From assembly GCA_043799545.1 (NCBI GenBank), contig JAZDNO010000005.1:649-64648 (forward strand): a DNA stretch of 64,000 nucleotides, in the 5' to 3' direction. The position numbers and the translations under genes are program-made. Every line of letters begins with the position of its first letter. Position 1 is the first letter of the stretch. Origin of the DNA: Methanobacteriota archaeon (GTDB lineage Archaea; Thermoplasmatota; Thermoplasmata; SG8-5; DAIRED01). Of this stretch, positions 9,628-18,308 are shown piece by piece. The notes beneath the pieces are model-generated. The model was given only the letters and a program-made list of their open reading frames with translations, had not been told where the DNA came from and made no database searches.

Positions 9628-10388
9628 TGCGATTCAGATCCATCACGGTGGCGGACATGTTCACGCTCGCGAACGGGCTGCTGGGGTTCATGGCTATCAC
9701 ATACATAATCGACCGCAACTTCATGCTAGCATCCTTCCTCATACTCATCGCTATGGTGATGGACGGGCTGGATGGGTACTTCGCACGGAGGCTGGGGACA
9801 GAAAGGCCGATCGGGCGCGTCCTGGATTCCATTTCCGATTCCATATCGTTCTGCATCGCCCCGGCGCTCCTGGTCTACGGGATATTCTACGACAAAGAGC
9901 TGGGGGCGGCGCATTTTTCCCTGCAAAACATTTTGACAATCGTCGCCTCGGCGATGCTGGCAATCTTCGGCATCGTTAGGCTCGTGCGATACACGAGGAA
10001 CGATTACGCGGTAGAGACGTTCCTGGGGCTGCCGACGCCGGCGACTGCCCTGGCAATCATACTCCTGACGTACCTCTTCTCGGGGAAAACGGGAAGCTTC
10101 TTCTACCTCAGCTACCAGCCGTACCTCGTCCTGCTGATGTGCATTGCGATGTCTTTCATAATGATATCCGACCTTCCGTACCCCAAGGTGAGGGGGTGGG
10201 TCCAGAAGGGTACGCTGGCCGGAATTGCCCTGGCAGCAATTCCTGCGGTGATAGCGACATTCGATGTTGGCTGGTCCCTCTTCACTCTGCGGGCCATCTC
10301 GGTTTTCGCATTCATGTTGACATTCGGATATGTGTTGGGGGGGCCTTTGGTTGCCTGGTACGCGACAAAAGACAAAAAAGGGGTCTAG
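9627..10388 (+). CDS. pssA: CDP-alcohol phosphatidyltransferase (archaetidylserine synthase-like).
   Basis: The motif DGLDGYFARRLGTERPIGRVLDSISDSIS fits the D-G-x2-A-R-x8-G-x3-D-x3-D consensus. The protein is polytopic and is translationally coupled to psd (TGATG overlap). Confidence 0.75.
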   Translation: MRFRSITVADMFTLANGLLGFMAITYIIDRNFMLASFLILIAMVMDGLDGYFARRLGTERPIGRVLDSISDSISFCIAPALLVYGIFYDKELGAAHFSLQNILTIVASAMLAIFGIVRLVRYTRNDYAVETFLGLPTPATALAIILLTYLFSGKTGSFFYLSYQPYLVLLMCIAMSFIMISDLPYPKVRGWVQKGTLAGIALAAIPAVIATFDVGWSLFTLRAISVFAFMLTFGYVLGGPLVAWYATKDKKGV

Positions 10389-10767
10389 GTTCACGGACGA
10401 CAAGGGAAGGAGGCACTTCCGGTGCACGGACAGGGAACGCGCCCTGTTCGAGACCGGGATTAAACTGGGCACGATTTATCACCAGTTCGTCGGAACGCCC
10501 GTCTCGAAGGCAAACGTCAGCGCAGTCGAGCACGCTATCGAGGAGAGCGCCAGGGTGCAGCCGTTCGTCGAGGACGTGAAGGTGCACATCGACCGCGCGA
10601 CCCTCCGGGAGAAGAAAGGCCCGTACGACTACTACACCCTCACTGGGTTGATGCTGCAAGTCTACATCCGCGTCAGGTACAACGGCGCGGTGGTGGAGGC
10701 CGAGATGCGGAAGATAGACGAGCTCAGCTATCCCCTGATGTACGTGACTAGGGTGAGCGAGGCCTAG
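10330..10767 (+). CDS. COG2098/MptD-like protein (archaeal dihydroneopterin aldolase family).
   Basis: The segment TDRERALFETGIKLGTIYHQFVGTPVS matches the conserved core of the archaeal DUF381/MptD family. The start codon is uncertain; the ATG at 10330 overlaps the pssA end. Confidence 0.5.
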   Translation: MCWGGLWLPGTRQKTKKGSRFTDDKGRRHFRCTDRERALFETGIKLGTIYHQFVGTPVSKANVSAVEHAIEESARVQPFVEDVKVHIDRATLREKKGPYDYYTLTGLMLQVYIRVRYNGAVVEAEMRKIDELSYPLMYVTRVSEA

Positions 10768-10825
10768 CCCGCAAAATCCTTATTAACCCTCTCGCCGATG
10801 CGGTGGCGAACTGGAGGCATCGAGC

Positions 10826-11419
10826 ATGAAGGGAATAGACACGCTGGTAAAGAAGGCATTGGAGCTGAAGGAGCGCGGGCTGAACGAGCACGAGATCGGC
10901 AGGGAGCTCCACGTCTCAGACAACACGGTGGTCTGGCTTCTCACGAGGAACGTCAAGGGGGAGAAGCCGCCGGTTGATGTGAAAATTGGCTGGCGCTCTA
11001 TAGGGGTTTTCGGAAACCGCATAGGGTATCTCGCGGCGATTTATTCCGATATTATAGGAGAGGAAATCAAGAAGAACGGGACCTCGGTGGACGCCATCGT
11101 CGGCATCGCAATCCAGGGAATCCCCCTCGCCACCTGCATCTCCGAGGAGATGGGGATAGAGCTGGCGATTTACAGGCCAGCAGGTCCGCAAAAAGAAGGC
11201 ACGATTAGTTCCAACTTCGCAGGGGTCGAGGGAAAGAAAGTCGTGGTCATAGACGACGTGACCGGCACGGGCGCCACCATGAGGGGGGCGATAAAGCACC
11301 TCAGGGAGCTGGGCGCGACCCCGATTCTCGCCCTGGTAATAGTGAACAAGAACGACATGAGCGACGTCGACGGAGTCCCTCTTAGGTCGTTGATTAGGGC
11401 TCGGCCAATATCGAGCTGA
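10826..11419 (+). CDS. GfcR/PyrE-like regulator: N-terminal HTH fused to a phosphoribosyltransferase domain.
   Basis: N-terminal HTH (LKERGLNEHEIGRELHVSDNTVVWLL) is followed by a PRPP-binding motif (VVVIDDVTGTGATM). Confidence 0.65.
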   Translation: MKGIDTLVKKALELKERGLNEHEIGRELHVSDNTVVWLLTRNVKGEKPPVDVKIGWRSIGVFGNRIGYLAAIYSDIIGEEIKKNGTSVDAIVGIAIQGIPLATCISEEMGIELAIYRPAGPQKEGTISSNFAGVEGKKVVVIDDVTGTGATMRGAIKHLRELGATPILALVIVNKNDMSDVDGVPLRSLIRARPISS

Positions 11420-11429
11420 AGAGATTACC

Positions 11430-13001
11430 ATGCATTGGGTGGACGTCGTCGCCAAGGAACTGCTGGCCAAGGGCGGGCCGCAGGTAATTGCCAGCGGAAC
11501 TTCAATATCCGGGGTCATACACATAGGTAACGCCGGCGATGTGATTATCGCTGACGCGGTTGCTGCCGCTGTCAGGCGGATGGGCGGAGAGGCCAAAGTC
11601 CTCTGGATAATGGACGACCTGGACCCGCTGAGGAGCGTTCCGGCGAACATGCCGCAGGAGTTCCAGGCCGCGATAGGCAAGCCGGACTTCACCCTTCCGT
11701 GTCCGTTCAACGATTGCGAATCGTTCTGCCACCATTATTCCAGCGAGTTCATGGCGTCCTTGAAGCAGGTGGGGGTTGCCCCTGAGATAATCAGCGGTGC
11801 GGAGATGTACCGCACGGGGCTCTACGACGGGGACGTGCGCGTCGCTCTGACGAACGCGGGCGAGATAAGCAGGCTACTCAAAGAGATATCCGGCTCCGAA
11901 AAAGGGGCGGGGTGGCTGCCGTTCGACCCGATATGCGAGAGATGCGGCAAGATAGCTACCACCAAGGCCTATGCGTTCGAAGGGGACAATGTCCTTTACG
12001 AGTGCAAGGGCGGCGTCGCGGGAAAGAAGGCCATCCTCGGATGCGGACACAAGGGTGGGGTCACAATCCGGCAGGGGAAGCTGACCTGGCGCGTCGAGTG
12101 GGCGGCGAGGTGGAAGACCCTGGGGGTGACCTGCGAGCCATTCGGCAAAGAGCATGCGGCGGCCGGGGGGAGCTACGACACCTGCAGCGCCATCGTTCGC
12201 CGGATTTTCAAATACGAGCCACCATATCCGATTCGCTACGAGCACATCCAGGTCGGCGGCAAGAAGATGTCCAAGTCGGCGGGCAACGTCCGCACTCTGC
12301 AGGAGATAATCGATTTGGCGACGCCCGAGGTCACGCGCTTCTTCTTCTTCAGGACGCAGCCCAACGTCCACAAGGAGCTGGAGCTAGAGAAGAGCCTGCT
12401 GCCAGTCATCGAAGAGTACGAGCAGGCCGAGAGGATTTACTTTGGCGCGGAAAAGGCGTTCTCCGAGAAGGAGGAGCCGGACATCAAGAGGGCGTACGAG
12501 CTGTCCCAAGTCGGCCCGTCTCCGAAGCGGTTTTTCCAGGTCCGATACAGGCATCTGGTCTTCATCATGCAGATTTCCAAGAGCTGGGACGATGCCAAGA
12601 CCATGCTGTCCAGGACAGAGGATATCGCGTCGATGACCCCCGACGAGGAAGAATCGCTCAAGCGAAAGGCGCAGGCCGCGTTAAAGTGGGCTCGGGAGCA
12701 CGCCCCGCTGGACATGCGCGTCGAGCTCAAAGCGGAGCCTCCCGGCTTTGAGATGGCTGGAGAGGAAACCAGGGTGCTGGCAGCGGCATTGGCCAACCTC
12801 GAGAAGAGCGCCTGGAAGGCGGACCAGTTGCACGATTCTGTGCACCAGGCAGCGGTATCGGCGGGCGTGAAGCCCAAGGTCGCGTTCACGGCCATGTACA
12901 AGATATTCCTCGGCCAGGAGCGGGGCCCGAGGCTCGGGTACTTTCTGGCGACGCAGGAGAGGGAGTTCGTGCTGGTGCGCCTTAGGCACTATGCAGGGTG
13001 A
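11430..13001 (+). CDS. lysK: Class I lysyl-tRNA synthetase.
   Basis: HIGH-type motif (ISGVIHIGNAGD) and KMSKS motif (GGKKMSKSAGN) are present. The 523-aa length is typical of archaeal LysK. Confidence 0.85.
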   Translation: MHWVDVVAKELLAKGGPQVIASGTSISGVIHIGNAGDVIIADAVAAAVRRMGGEAKVLWIMDDLDPLRSVPANMPQEFQAAIGKPDFTLPCPFNDCESFCHHYSSEFMASLKQVGVAPEIISGAEMYRTGLYDGDVRVALTNAGEISRLLKEISGSEKGAGWLPFDPICERCGKIATTKAYAFEGDNVLYECKGGVAGKKAILGCGHKGGVTIRQGKLTWRVEWAARWKTLGVTCEPFGKEHAAAGGSYDTCSAIVRRIFKYEPPYPIRYEHIQVGGKKMSKSAGNVRTLQEIIDLATPEVTRFFFFRTQPNVHKELELEKSLLPVIEEYEQAERIYFGAEKAFSEKEEPDIKRAYELSQVGPSPKRFFQVRYRHLVFIMQISKSWDDAKTMLSRTEDIASMTPDEEESLKRKAQAALKWAREHAPLDMRVELKAEPPGFEMAGEETRVLAAALANLEKSAWKADQLHDSVHQAAVSAGVKPKVAFTAMYKIFLGQERGPRLGYFLATQEREFVLVRLRHYAG

Positions 13002-13066
13002 CGCACCAGCGAGAGAAAGGTTTTATAGCAATCGCGTATTCGCCACATTGCCAAATCCATTAGAAT

Positions 13067-13138
13067 AGCCCCGTGGTGTAGTGGTCAGCATAGGAGACTC
13101 TGGATCTCTTGACACCAGTTCGAATCTGGTCGGGGCTA
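13067..13138 (+). tRNA. tRNA-Gln (anticodon CUG), copy 1.
   Basis: Manually folded cloverleaf: acceptor AGCCCCG/CGGGGCU (A1:U72), U8, D-arm GUGU-AGUGGUCA-GCAU, anticodon stem GGAGA/UCUCU with loop CUCUGGA (U33, CUG, G37), 4-nt variable loop, T-arm ACCAG-UUCGAAU-CUGGU, discriminator A. A T-run follows. Confidence 0.8.
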
Positions 13139-13470
13139 TATCGTTTTTTAACGTTCTTGATTCTAGCGTAATTGCGCGATATTCGAACACTAGACTAATC
13201 CACGTCAATTCTTAGCGATTGGATTAGTCTGTGCCTCAGAGAGGGGCGATGATTGCACACCTGCCTCTCTTCGGTCTGGTCGGGGCTGATTGGAGACCAG
13301 ATTCGAACGAGGACTAACGGTATCTTGACGATGTAAGACTTGGGAGTTAGTCCGAAGTTCGGGCAAGGACCACATTATGGATGCCTTGCCCGAATTGGAT
13401 TAGAAAGGCCATATCTATTTTCTATATCGGGGTTTTTTTTATGTCCATAAGGGAGAGCAAGCTTCATGCC
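13139..13470. repeat. Hairpin-rich intergenic region containing direct and inverted copies of the tRNA-Gln 3' end; possible integration scar, MITE or ncRNA.
   Basis: A 13-nt exact direct repeat of the tRNA 3' part (TCTGGTCGGGGCT at 13124–13136 and 13276–13288). An inverted 13-nt copy of the T-loop region (ACCAGATTCGAAC at 13294–13306). Perfect hairpins include GACTAATCCA…TGGATTAGTC, GGACTAAC…GTTAGTCC and TTCGGGCAAGG…CCTTGCCCGAA. Confidence 0.5.
13140..13152 (+). terminator. Oligo-T tract (CGTTTTTTAACG) immediately 3' of tRNA-Gln copy 1; likely an archaeal terminator.
   Basis: A T6 run lies directly after the tRNA discriminator. Confidence 0.45.
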
Positions 13471-13472
13471 CT

Positions 13473-14435
13473 TTGCCGACATCTCCTCCGAAGATGGCTA
13501 CAGAAATACGAAGGATGGAAAAAAGGGACATTCAAGCCTACGCTGAGCTGTACAATCATGCGGAGGCGCACGATCCCGAATTCAGGCGAAAGAGCGCCAA
13601 AGACGTGGAGAGCGATATCTTTAGAAAGCCAACTGACACAATGGATGGGTATTTTATCGCGTTGGAGGACGGCAAGATGGTTGCAGGGGGTGGGGGAAGG
13701 ATAACCTCTGACAAGGGCGGCGATGGACGCAGCCACTTCACTTTTTACATCCTGCAAGAATTTCTAAAATCGGATGTCGAGCTCGCTCTTTTCGAGAGAA
13801 TCGCTGAATACAGCAAGGAAAAAGGGGCGATAAACCTCGGCATAAGGGCCAACACCAGCAACCTTTCAAAAATCAAGATGCTGGATCGGTTGGGGTTCGT
13901 GGAGAATGCCTACCAGCGGCACCACATGGAAAGGAGCCCGCACGGCGTTCCCGAGCCTGCGTTGCCGACTGGGTATAGGCTCCGCAACGCGAGAATGCCG
14001 GACGAGATGGGCGCGCTCTTGGAAACGCTCAATGATGCATTTTCCACACGAATGAAGTTTGGGCTGTTTACGATTGACGAGATTTCGAAATATACATACT
14101 TCTACGAGCTTGAATCTCTGCCCGGTCTCTTCGTATTGGAGAGGGAGGGTGACGGTAGAATTGTCGGTCTCGTAGGGAGCCAGATAGAGCATGTTTACAA
14201 TGTGGAGCATGGAAGGAAGCGGGGCGCGTCTTACTCGCTGGCCGTCATACCGTCCGAGAGGGGGAAGGGCTTCGGAAGGGCTCTGATGCAGAGCAGCCTG
14301 AGATGGCTGGACGAAAAAGGAATGGATGTCGCCTACCTTGGAGTGAACCATCAGAACCCGGACGCGGTTCATTTGTACAGCAACCTCGGATACGAAGTTG
14401 TCGGTATCTGGCAGGGATTCGAACGAAAGCTCTGA
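13473..14435 (+). CDS. GNAT-family N-acetyltransferase with tandem GNAT domains, in a locally AT-richer segment.
   Basis: Two acetyltransferase-like halves are present; the second has an R/Q-x-x-G-x-G/A motif (RGKGFGRALMQ). GC content is visibly lower from 13380 to 14460 than in flanking DNA. Confidence 0.55.
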   Translation: MPTSPPKMATEIRRMEKRDIQAYAELYNHAEAHDPEFRRKSAKDVESDIFRKPTDTMDGYFIALEDGKMVAGGGGRITSDKGGDGRSHFTFYILQEFLKSDVELALFERIAEYSKEKGAINLGIRANTSNLSKIKMLDRLGFVENAYQRHHMERSPHGVPEPALPTGYRLRNARMPDEMGALLETLNDAFSTRMKFGLFTIDEISKYTYFYELESLPGLFVLEREGDGRIVGLVGSQIEHVYNVEHGRKRGASYSLAVIPSERGKGFGRALMQSSLRWLDEKGMDVAYLGVNHQNPDAVHLYSNLGYEVVGIWQGFERKL

Positions 14436-14533
14436 GCTCATGGATTATACGATGTGCTACCACGTTTCTAGAACCCATCTAGGAACGCGAGCCACCCAAA
14501 TATTTTATACTGGTTTGCCGTAGGACTGGCGTC

Positions 14534-16216
14534 ATGAATGAAACGCCGCAAACCTCGAAGGACTTCATCCGCGAGGCGATAGACGAGGACCTCCGCACGG
14601 GGAGGTTCGATCGCGTCCACACGCGATTCCCGCCTGAGCCGAACGGCTACCTCCACATAGGCCACGCCAAGGCCATCTGGATAGACTACGGCGTTGCGCT
14701 CGACTACAAGGGCAAGTTCAACCTCCGGTTCGACGACACGAATCCTGCGAAGGAGGAGCAGGAATATGTGGACGGCGTAATCGAGGACGTGCGCTGGCTC
14801 GGCGCGGACTGGGGAGACAGGATCTTCTTCGCATCGGATTATTTCGAGCAGATGTATCAATGGGCCGTCAAGCTGATAAAGGCCGGCAAGGCGTACGTGG
14901 ACGACCTCCCGCCAGACGAGATAAGCCAGCACAGGGGCGACCTGACGACGCCAGGACGGAACAGCCCCTTCCGCGACAGGAGTGTCGAGGAAAATACGGT
15001 TTTGTTCGAGAGGATGCGAAAGGGGGAGTTCCCAGACGGCTCGAAATCGCTGCGCGCCAAAATAGACATGTCGCATCCCAACATGAACATGCGCGACCCG
15101 GTCATGTACCGCATCGTCCACAAGGGCCACCACCGGCAAGGAGACAAGTGGTGCGTATACCCAATGTACGATTGGGCGCACGGCCTGGAGGATTCCATCG
15201 AAGGCGTCACACATTCCCTGTGCTCGCTCGAATACGAGAACCATCGGCCGTTGTACGACTGGTTCATCGAACAGCTGGGCATCTACCATCCGCGCCAAAT
15301 TGAATTCGCACGCCTCAACATGACTTACACGGTCATGAGCAAGAGGATGCTCCTCGAGCTCGTCGAAAACAAGCTGGTCAACGGCTGGGACGACCCACGC
15401 ATGCCGACGATATGCGGCATGCGCCGGCGAGGATACTCTCCCGAATCGATAAAGGATTTCTGCAGCCGCATAGGAATCGCGAAGGCCCACAACGTAATCG
15501 ACGTGGGCATCCTCGAGCACTGCGTGAGGGAGGACCTCAACAGGTCCGCCCCGCGGTTCATGGGGGTCCTGAACCCGCTGAAGGTCGTAATCGAGAACTT
15601 GCCCGAAGGCCACGAAGACGAGATGGATGTGGTGAACAACCCGGAGAACGAGGCGGCCGGTCGGCGCAAGGTTCCATTCTCCCGCGAGCTGTTCATCGAG
15701 CGCGAAGATTTCATGGAGGAGCCTTCGAAGAAGTTCTTCAGGATGGCGCCGGGGCGAGAGGTGAGGCTGAGGAACGCCTACCTAGTGACTTGCACGGGTG
15801 TCGAGAAGGACGGCGGGGGTATAGAGGCAGTGAAGTGCGCGCTCGACCCAGCCACGCGCGGCGGCGACGCCCCCGACGGCAGAAAGGTCAAGTCGACGAT
15901 ACATTGGGTGTCTGCGGCGCACGCCATCGACGCCGAGGTCAGGCTATACGACAGGCTATTCACCATCGAGGACCCTGCGGGGCAGAAGGAGCGCGACTTC
16001 AAGGAGTACGCGAACCCGGATTCTCTAAAGGTTCTCGGCGGATGCAAGGTCGAGCCCGCTGTCCGCGCGCTTGCGCCGCTCTCGCGCTTCCAGTTCGAAA
16101 GGCTGGGCTATTTCTGCGTAGACCCGGACACGACGCCCGGCAAGATAATTTTAAATAAGACTATAGGATTGCGCGATTCATGGTCGAAGGTCCAGCACAA
16201 GGAGGCGGGCGCTTGA
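14534..16216 (+). CDS. glnS: Glutaminyl-tRNA synthetase, bacterial/eukaryotic type.
   Basis: Near-colinear similarity to E. coli GlnRS from N- to C-terminus: [10 protein letters not shown]…[21 protein letters not shown] (HIGH), [22 protein letters not shown] (KMSKS-like), and a C-terminal [15 protein letters not shown] anticodon-binding region. Confidence 0.85.
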   Translation: MNETPQTSKDFIREAIDEDLRTGRFDRVHTRFPPEPNGYLHIGHAKAIWIDYGVALDYKGKFNLRFDDTNPAKEEQEYVDGVIEDVRWLGADWGDRIFFASDYFEQMYQWAVKLIKAGKAYVDDLPPDEISQHRGDLTTPGRNSPFRDRSVEENTVLFERMRKGEFPDGSKSLRAKIDMSHPNMNMRDPVMYRIVHKGHHRQGDKWCVYPMYDWAHGLEDSIEGVTHSLCSLEYENHRPLYDWFIEQLGIYHPRQIEFARLNMTYTVMSKRMLLELVENKLVNGWDDPRMPTICGMRRRGYSPESIKDFCSRIGIAKAHNVIDVGILEHCVREDLNRSAPRFMGVLNPLKVVIENLPEGHEDEMDVVNNPENEAAGRRKVPFSRELFIEREDFMEEPSKKFFRMAPGREVRLRNAYLVTCTGVEKDGGGIEAVKCALDPATRGGDAPDGRKVKSTIHWVSAAHAIDAEVRLYDRLFTIEDPAGQKERDFKEYANPDSLKVLGGCKVEPAVRALAPLSRFQFERLGYFCVDPDTTPGKIILNKTIGLRDSWSKVQHKEAGA

Positions 16217-16336
16217 CATCCTGCGTTTCCACATCTTCGGTGGAAAACCAGCAGCAGCGGCGCCCCGCGATGTGCTAGGGCGGACGGACCGTTTTTGGCA
16301 CGTTGCGGGGCTTAAACATCAAACTTTTTTTGCTGC

Positions 16337-16409
16337 AGTCCCGTAGTGTAGTGGCCAATCATCCGGGGTTCTGGACCCCGGGACGGAAGTTCGAATCTTC
16401 CCGGGACTA
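16337..16409 (+). tRNA. tRNA-Gln (anticodon CUG), copy 2, with a different sequence from copy 1.
   Basis: Manual fold: acceptor AGUCCCG/CGGGACU (A1:U72), U8, D-arm GUGU-AGUGGCCAA-UCAU, anticodon stem CGGGG/CCCCG with loop UUCUGGA (CUG), T-arm GGAAG-UUCGAAU-CUUCC, discriminator A, followed by a T-rich tract. Confidence 0.75.
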
Positions 16410-16985
16410 TCTTTTCCTTTTCTTTATGAATATCAACCCATAATGGTATGGCCCCGGCTCGAACCAGTTATAGAATTCGAGGCCGAGAGCCGTCACGCGC
16501 TCCACGGCCGCATCCTCTGAAATCCGATGCCCGTACGGCGGACCTTTCGTCATGGGGCGCTTCTTCCAGTCCGCTATCGCCAGCCGCCCGCCGGGTCTGA
16601 GAATCCGCATCACTTCGCGCAGCGTGCCGTCTCCGTCCAGCTCATGAAAGACGTTCACCATCAGCGCCAAATCGATGGAACCGTCGTCGAGTGGTATGGA
16701 ATCCTCTGTCGTGAGAACCGTCGAGATGTTGTCCATCCCTTTGGCACGCGCCCTCAATGCCTCCAGCATTTCCGCCGAGAGGTCGAGGGCGTAGACCTTG
16801 ACCGTTCCGCCGACCAACCCCGCGAGAGGTATTGAGAAGTAGCCAGTTCCGGCTCCGACGTCGGCGGTGACCGCGCCCCGTTTGATGTCCAGCTGCTCGA
16901 CGACGGCGTCCGGGTCCAGATACGTCCGTCTCTCGGGGGAGTCGAGGCGCTCCCTGTTCTTCGGGTCGAATTTTTTGTCGTCCAT
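16407..16985 (-). CDS. Class I SAM-dependent methyltransferase.
   Basis: Motif I VGAGTGYFS and an acidic motif II (ALDLS) are present. Start taken at Met 24 of the longer ORF (MDDKKFDP). Confidence 0.65.
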   Translation of the reverse strand: MDDKKFDPKNRERLDSPERRTYLDPDAVVEQLDIKRGAVTADVGAGTGYFSIPLAGLVGGTVKVYALDLSAEMLEALRARAKGMDNISTVLTTEDSIPLDDGSIDLALMVNVFHELDGDGTLREVMRILRPGGRLAIADWKKRPMTKGPPYGHRISEDAAVERVTALGLEFYNWFEPGPYHYGLIFIKKRKR

Positions 16986-17207
16986 GGCTCGCGCTCGCCA
17001 GTGAAAAATAAAGTGGCTGACAGCGATCGACAGTTCCCGTTGGCTCGCGCACAACAGTACAGTGCCAAACGCTGGCGGACTTAACTTCCGGGTTCGGAAT
17101 GAGACCGGGTGTATCCCCGCCGCTATGGCCGTCAGACCGAACCCTAGTAAAGTGAGGATGTATAAAAGGGCTTCGGCGTAGAGCTTGATGGGGCAGCTGG
17201 AGTAAGC

Positions 17208-18206
17208 TCACACCAGGAAGTTCCCAGCCTTCAATATGACACGCTCCTCGCCCGACTTGTATATCACCTTTATCGTCGGCTTGAAGACCAGGAAGTCCAT
17301 GTGGTTCGCGGAACCGTTCTTTCCACTGGGATAGTCCAGATTGTTGCCCAGCGCTATGTGGCACGTGCCGTGCATCTTCTCCGCCTCGAGGAACTCGTCG
17401 CTGAACCTCGCGGACGGATTCACCCCGAATGCGAACTCGCCGATGACGTTCGACCAGGCGTCGGTTGCGAGCGCCTCCTTGATTTGCTGCAGGGACTTCG
17501 TGTCGTTGCTCTCGACGCTGACGGCCTTGCCGTCCTTGAGGGCGATGGTCACGGGGCTGCGGATTTTACCTACGCCCCCGACCGCCTTGTCGCAAATCAG
17601 GGTGCCGTTCGCCTCGTTCTCGACTGGGGCGCAGATGACCTCTCCCACAGGCAAGTTCATCCATTTCAGCGTCTTCCAGTCCACCTTCGTGTCCGTGAAG
17701 AATGGCCGCTCGTTGACGCTCATGGTGAAATCTGTCCCGTTGGGGGCTGTGAAGTGCATCGATTGGGCACCCTCCAGATGCTGCATCAGCTTGTCCGCGA
17801 ATATCTGCATCTTGCGGTACTCCTCGGAACCGAGGGCGAGGGCGCCGTCCGTGAGCATGTCGTAAGTGACTCCCGGACAGTGGCCGAGCCTGACCCTGCG
17901 GCGCGTCTCCATCTTCGTGACCTTGATGCGGAACGGAGTCTCCTCCGAGGTTCCCCTTAGCAAATTGATGAATATATCCGGGTTCTGCGAGGCGAATATC
18001 TCGTGGAGGTGGGTCGGTATCTCCTTCCTCATCTCGCTCGAGTCCAGGACCACGATGCGCACCCACATCCCTATGTCCATCGCACCCTCTGCGAAAGCCT
18101 TCCCTATGTTGAGGAGCGTGTCGTCGCAGACCACGACTATCTTCTCGCCCGGGGCTCCCTCCAGAACATTCAACAAGGCATTCTTCGCGGCGATGTGTGC
18201 GTCCAT
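17208..18206 (-). CDS. M29-family (AmpS/PepS/aminopeptidase T-like) aminopeptidase.
   Basis: Motifs NLPVGEVICAP and HGTCHIALGNN resemble the M29 NLPxGEVFTAP / HIAFG signatures. Confidence 0.5.
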   Translation of the reverse strand: MDAHIAAKNALLNVLEGAPGEKIVVVCDDTLLNIGKAFAEGAMDIGMWVRIVVLDSSEMRKEIPTHLHEIFASQNPDIFINLLRGTSEETPFRIKVTKMETRRRVRLGHCPGVTYDMLTDGALALGSEEYRKMQIFADKLMQHLEGAQSMHFTAPNGTDFTMSVNERPFFTDTKVDWKTLKWMNLPVGEVICAPVENEANGTLICDKAVGGVGKIRSPVTIALKDGKAVSVESNDTKSLQQIKEALATDAWSNVIGEFAFGVNPSARFSDEFLEAEKMHGTCHIALGNNLDYPSGKNGSANHMDFLVFKPTIKVIYKSGEERVILKAGNFLV

Positions 18207-18308
18207 TTCATATCACGGCCCTGCGCATGCCGACCTCCCATATTTGTTTTGCGGCGGGCGGATCGGGTCGGGCGAAGATATTTCCCACAGAGGAGAATAC
18301 GGGGGTCC

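Noticed and set aside
13021-13030. The TTTATAG element upstream of tRNA-Gln copy 1 as the tRNA promoter TATA box.
   Set aside because: It is centred about 42 nt upstream of the mature 5' end, further than the canonical −26/−27 position. It is plausible if a leader is transcribed, but not supportable from sequence alone.
13139-13470. The possibility that the structured spacer after tRNA-Gln is SRP (7S) RNA or RNase P RNA.
   Set aside because: The conserved SRP helix-8 motif (GGAA…AGCAG) is absent, as are the RNase P CR-I/CR-V signatures (GGAAAGUCCGGGC, ACAGAANCCGGCUUA). Only a loose GUCCGAAGUUCGGGCAAGG resemblance exists. It is kept as an unexplained structured region instead.
14468-15613. 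A 381-aa ORF on the minus strand opposite glnS.
   Set aside because: It lies entirely antisense to a strongly supported GlnRS gene. Its composition is typical of GC-rich antisense frames and it has no motifs.
16642-17364. A 240-aa minus ORF and a 219-aa plus ORF (17301–17960) overlapping the methyltransferase and M29 genes.
   Set aside because: They overlap better-supported genes in other frames or strands and have no motifs.
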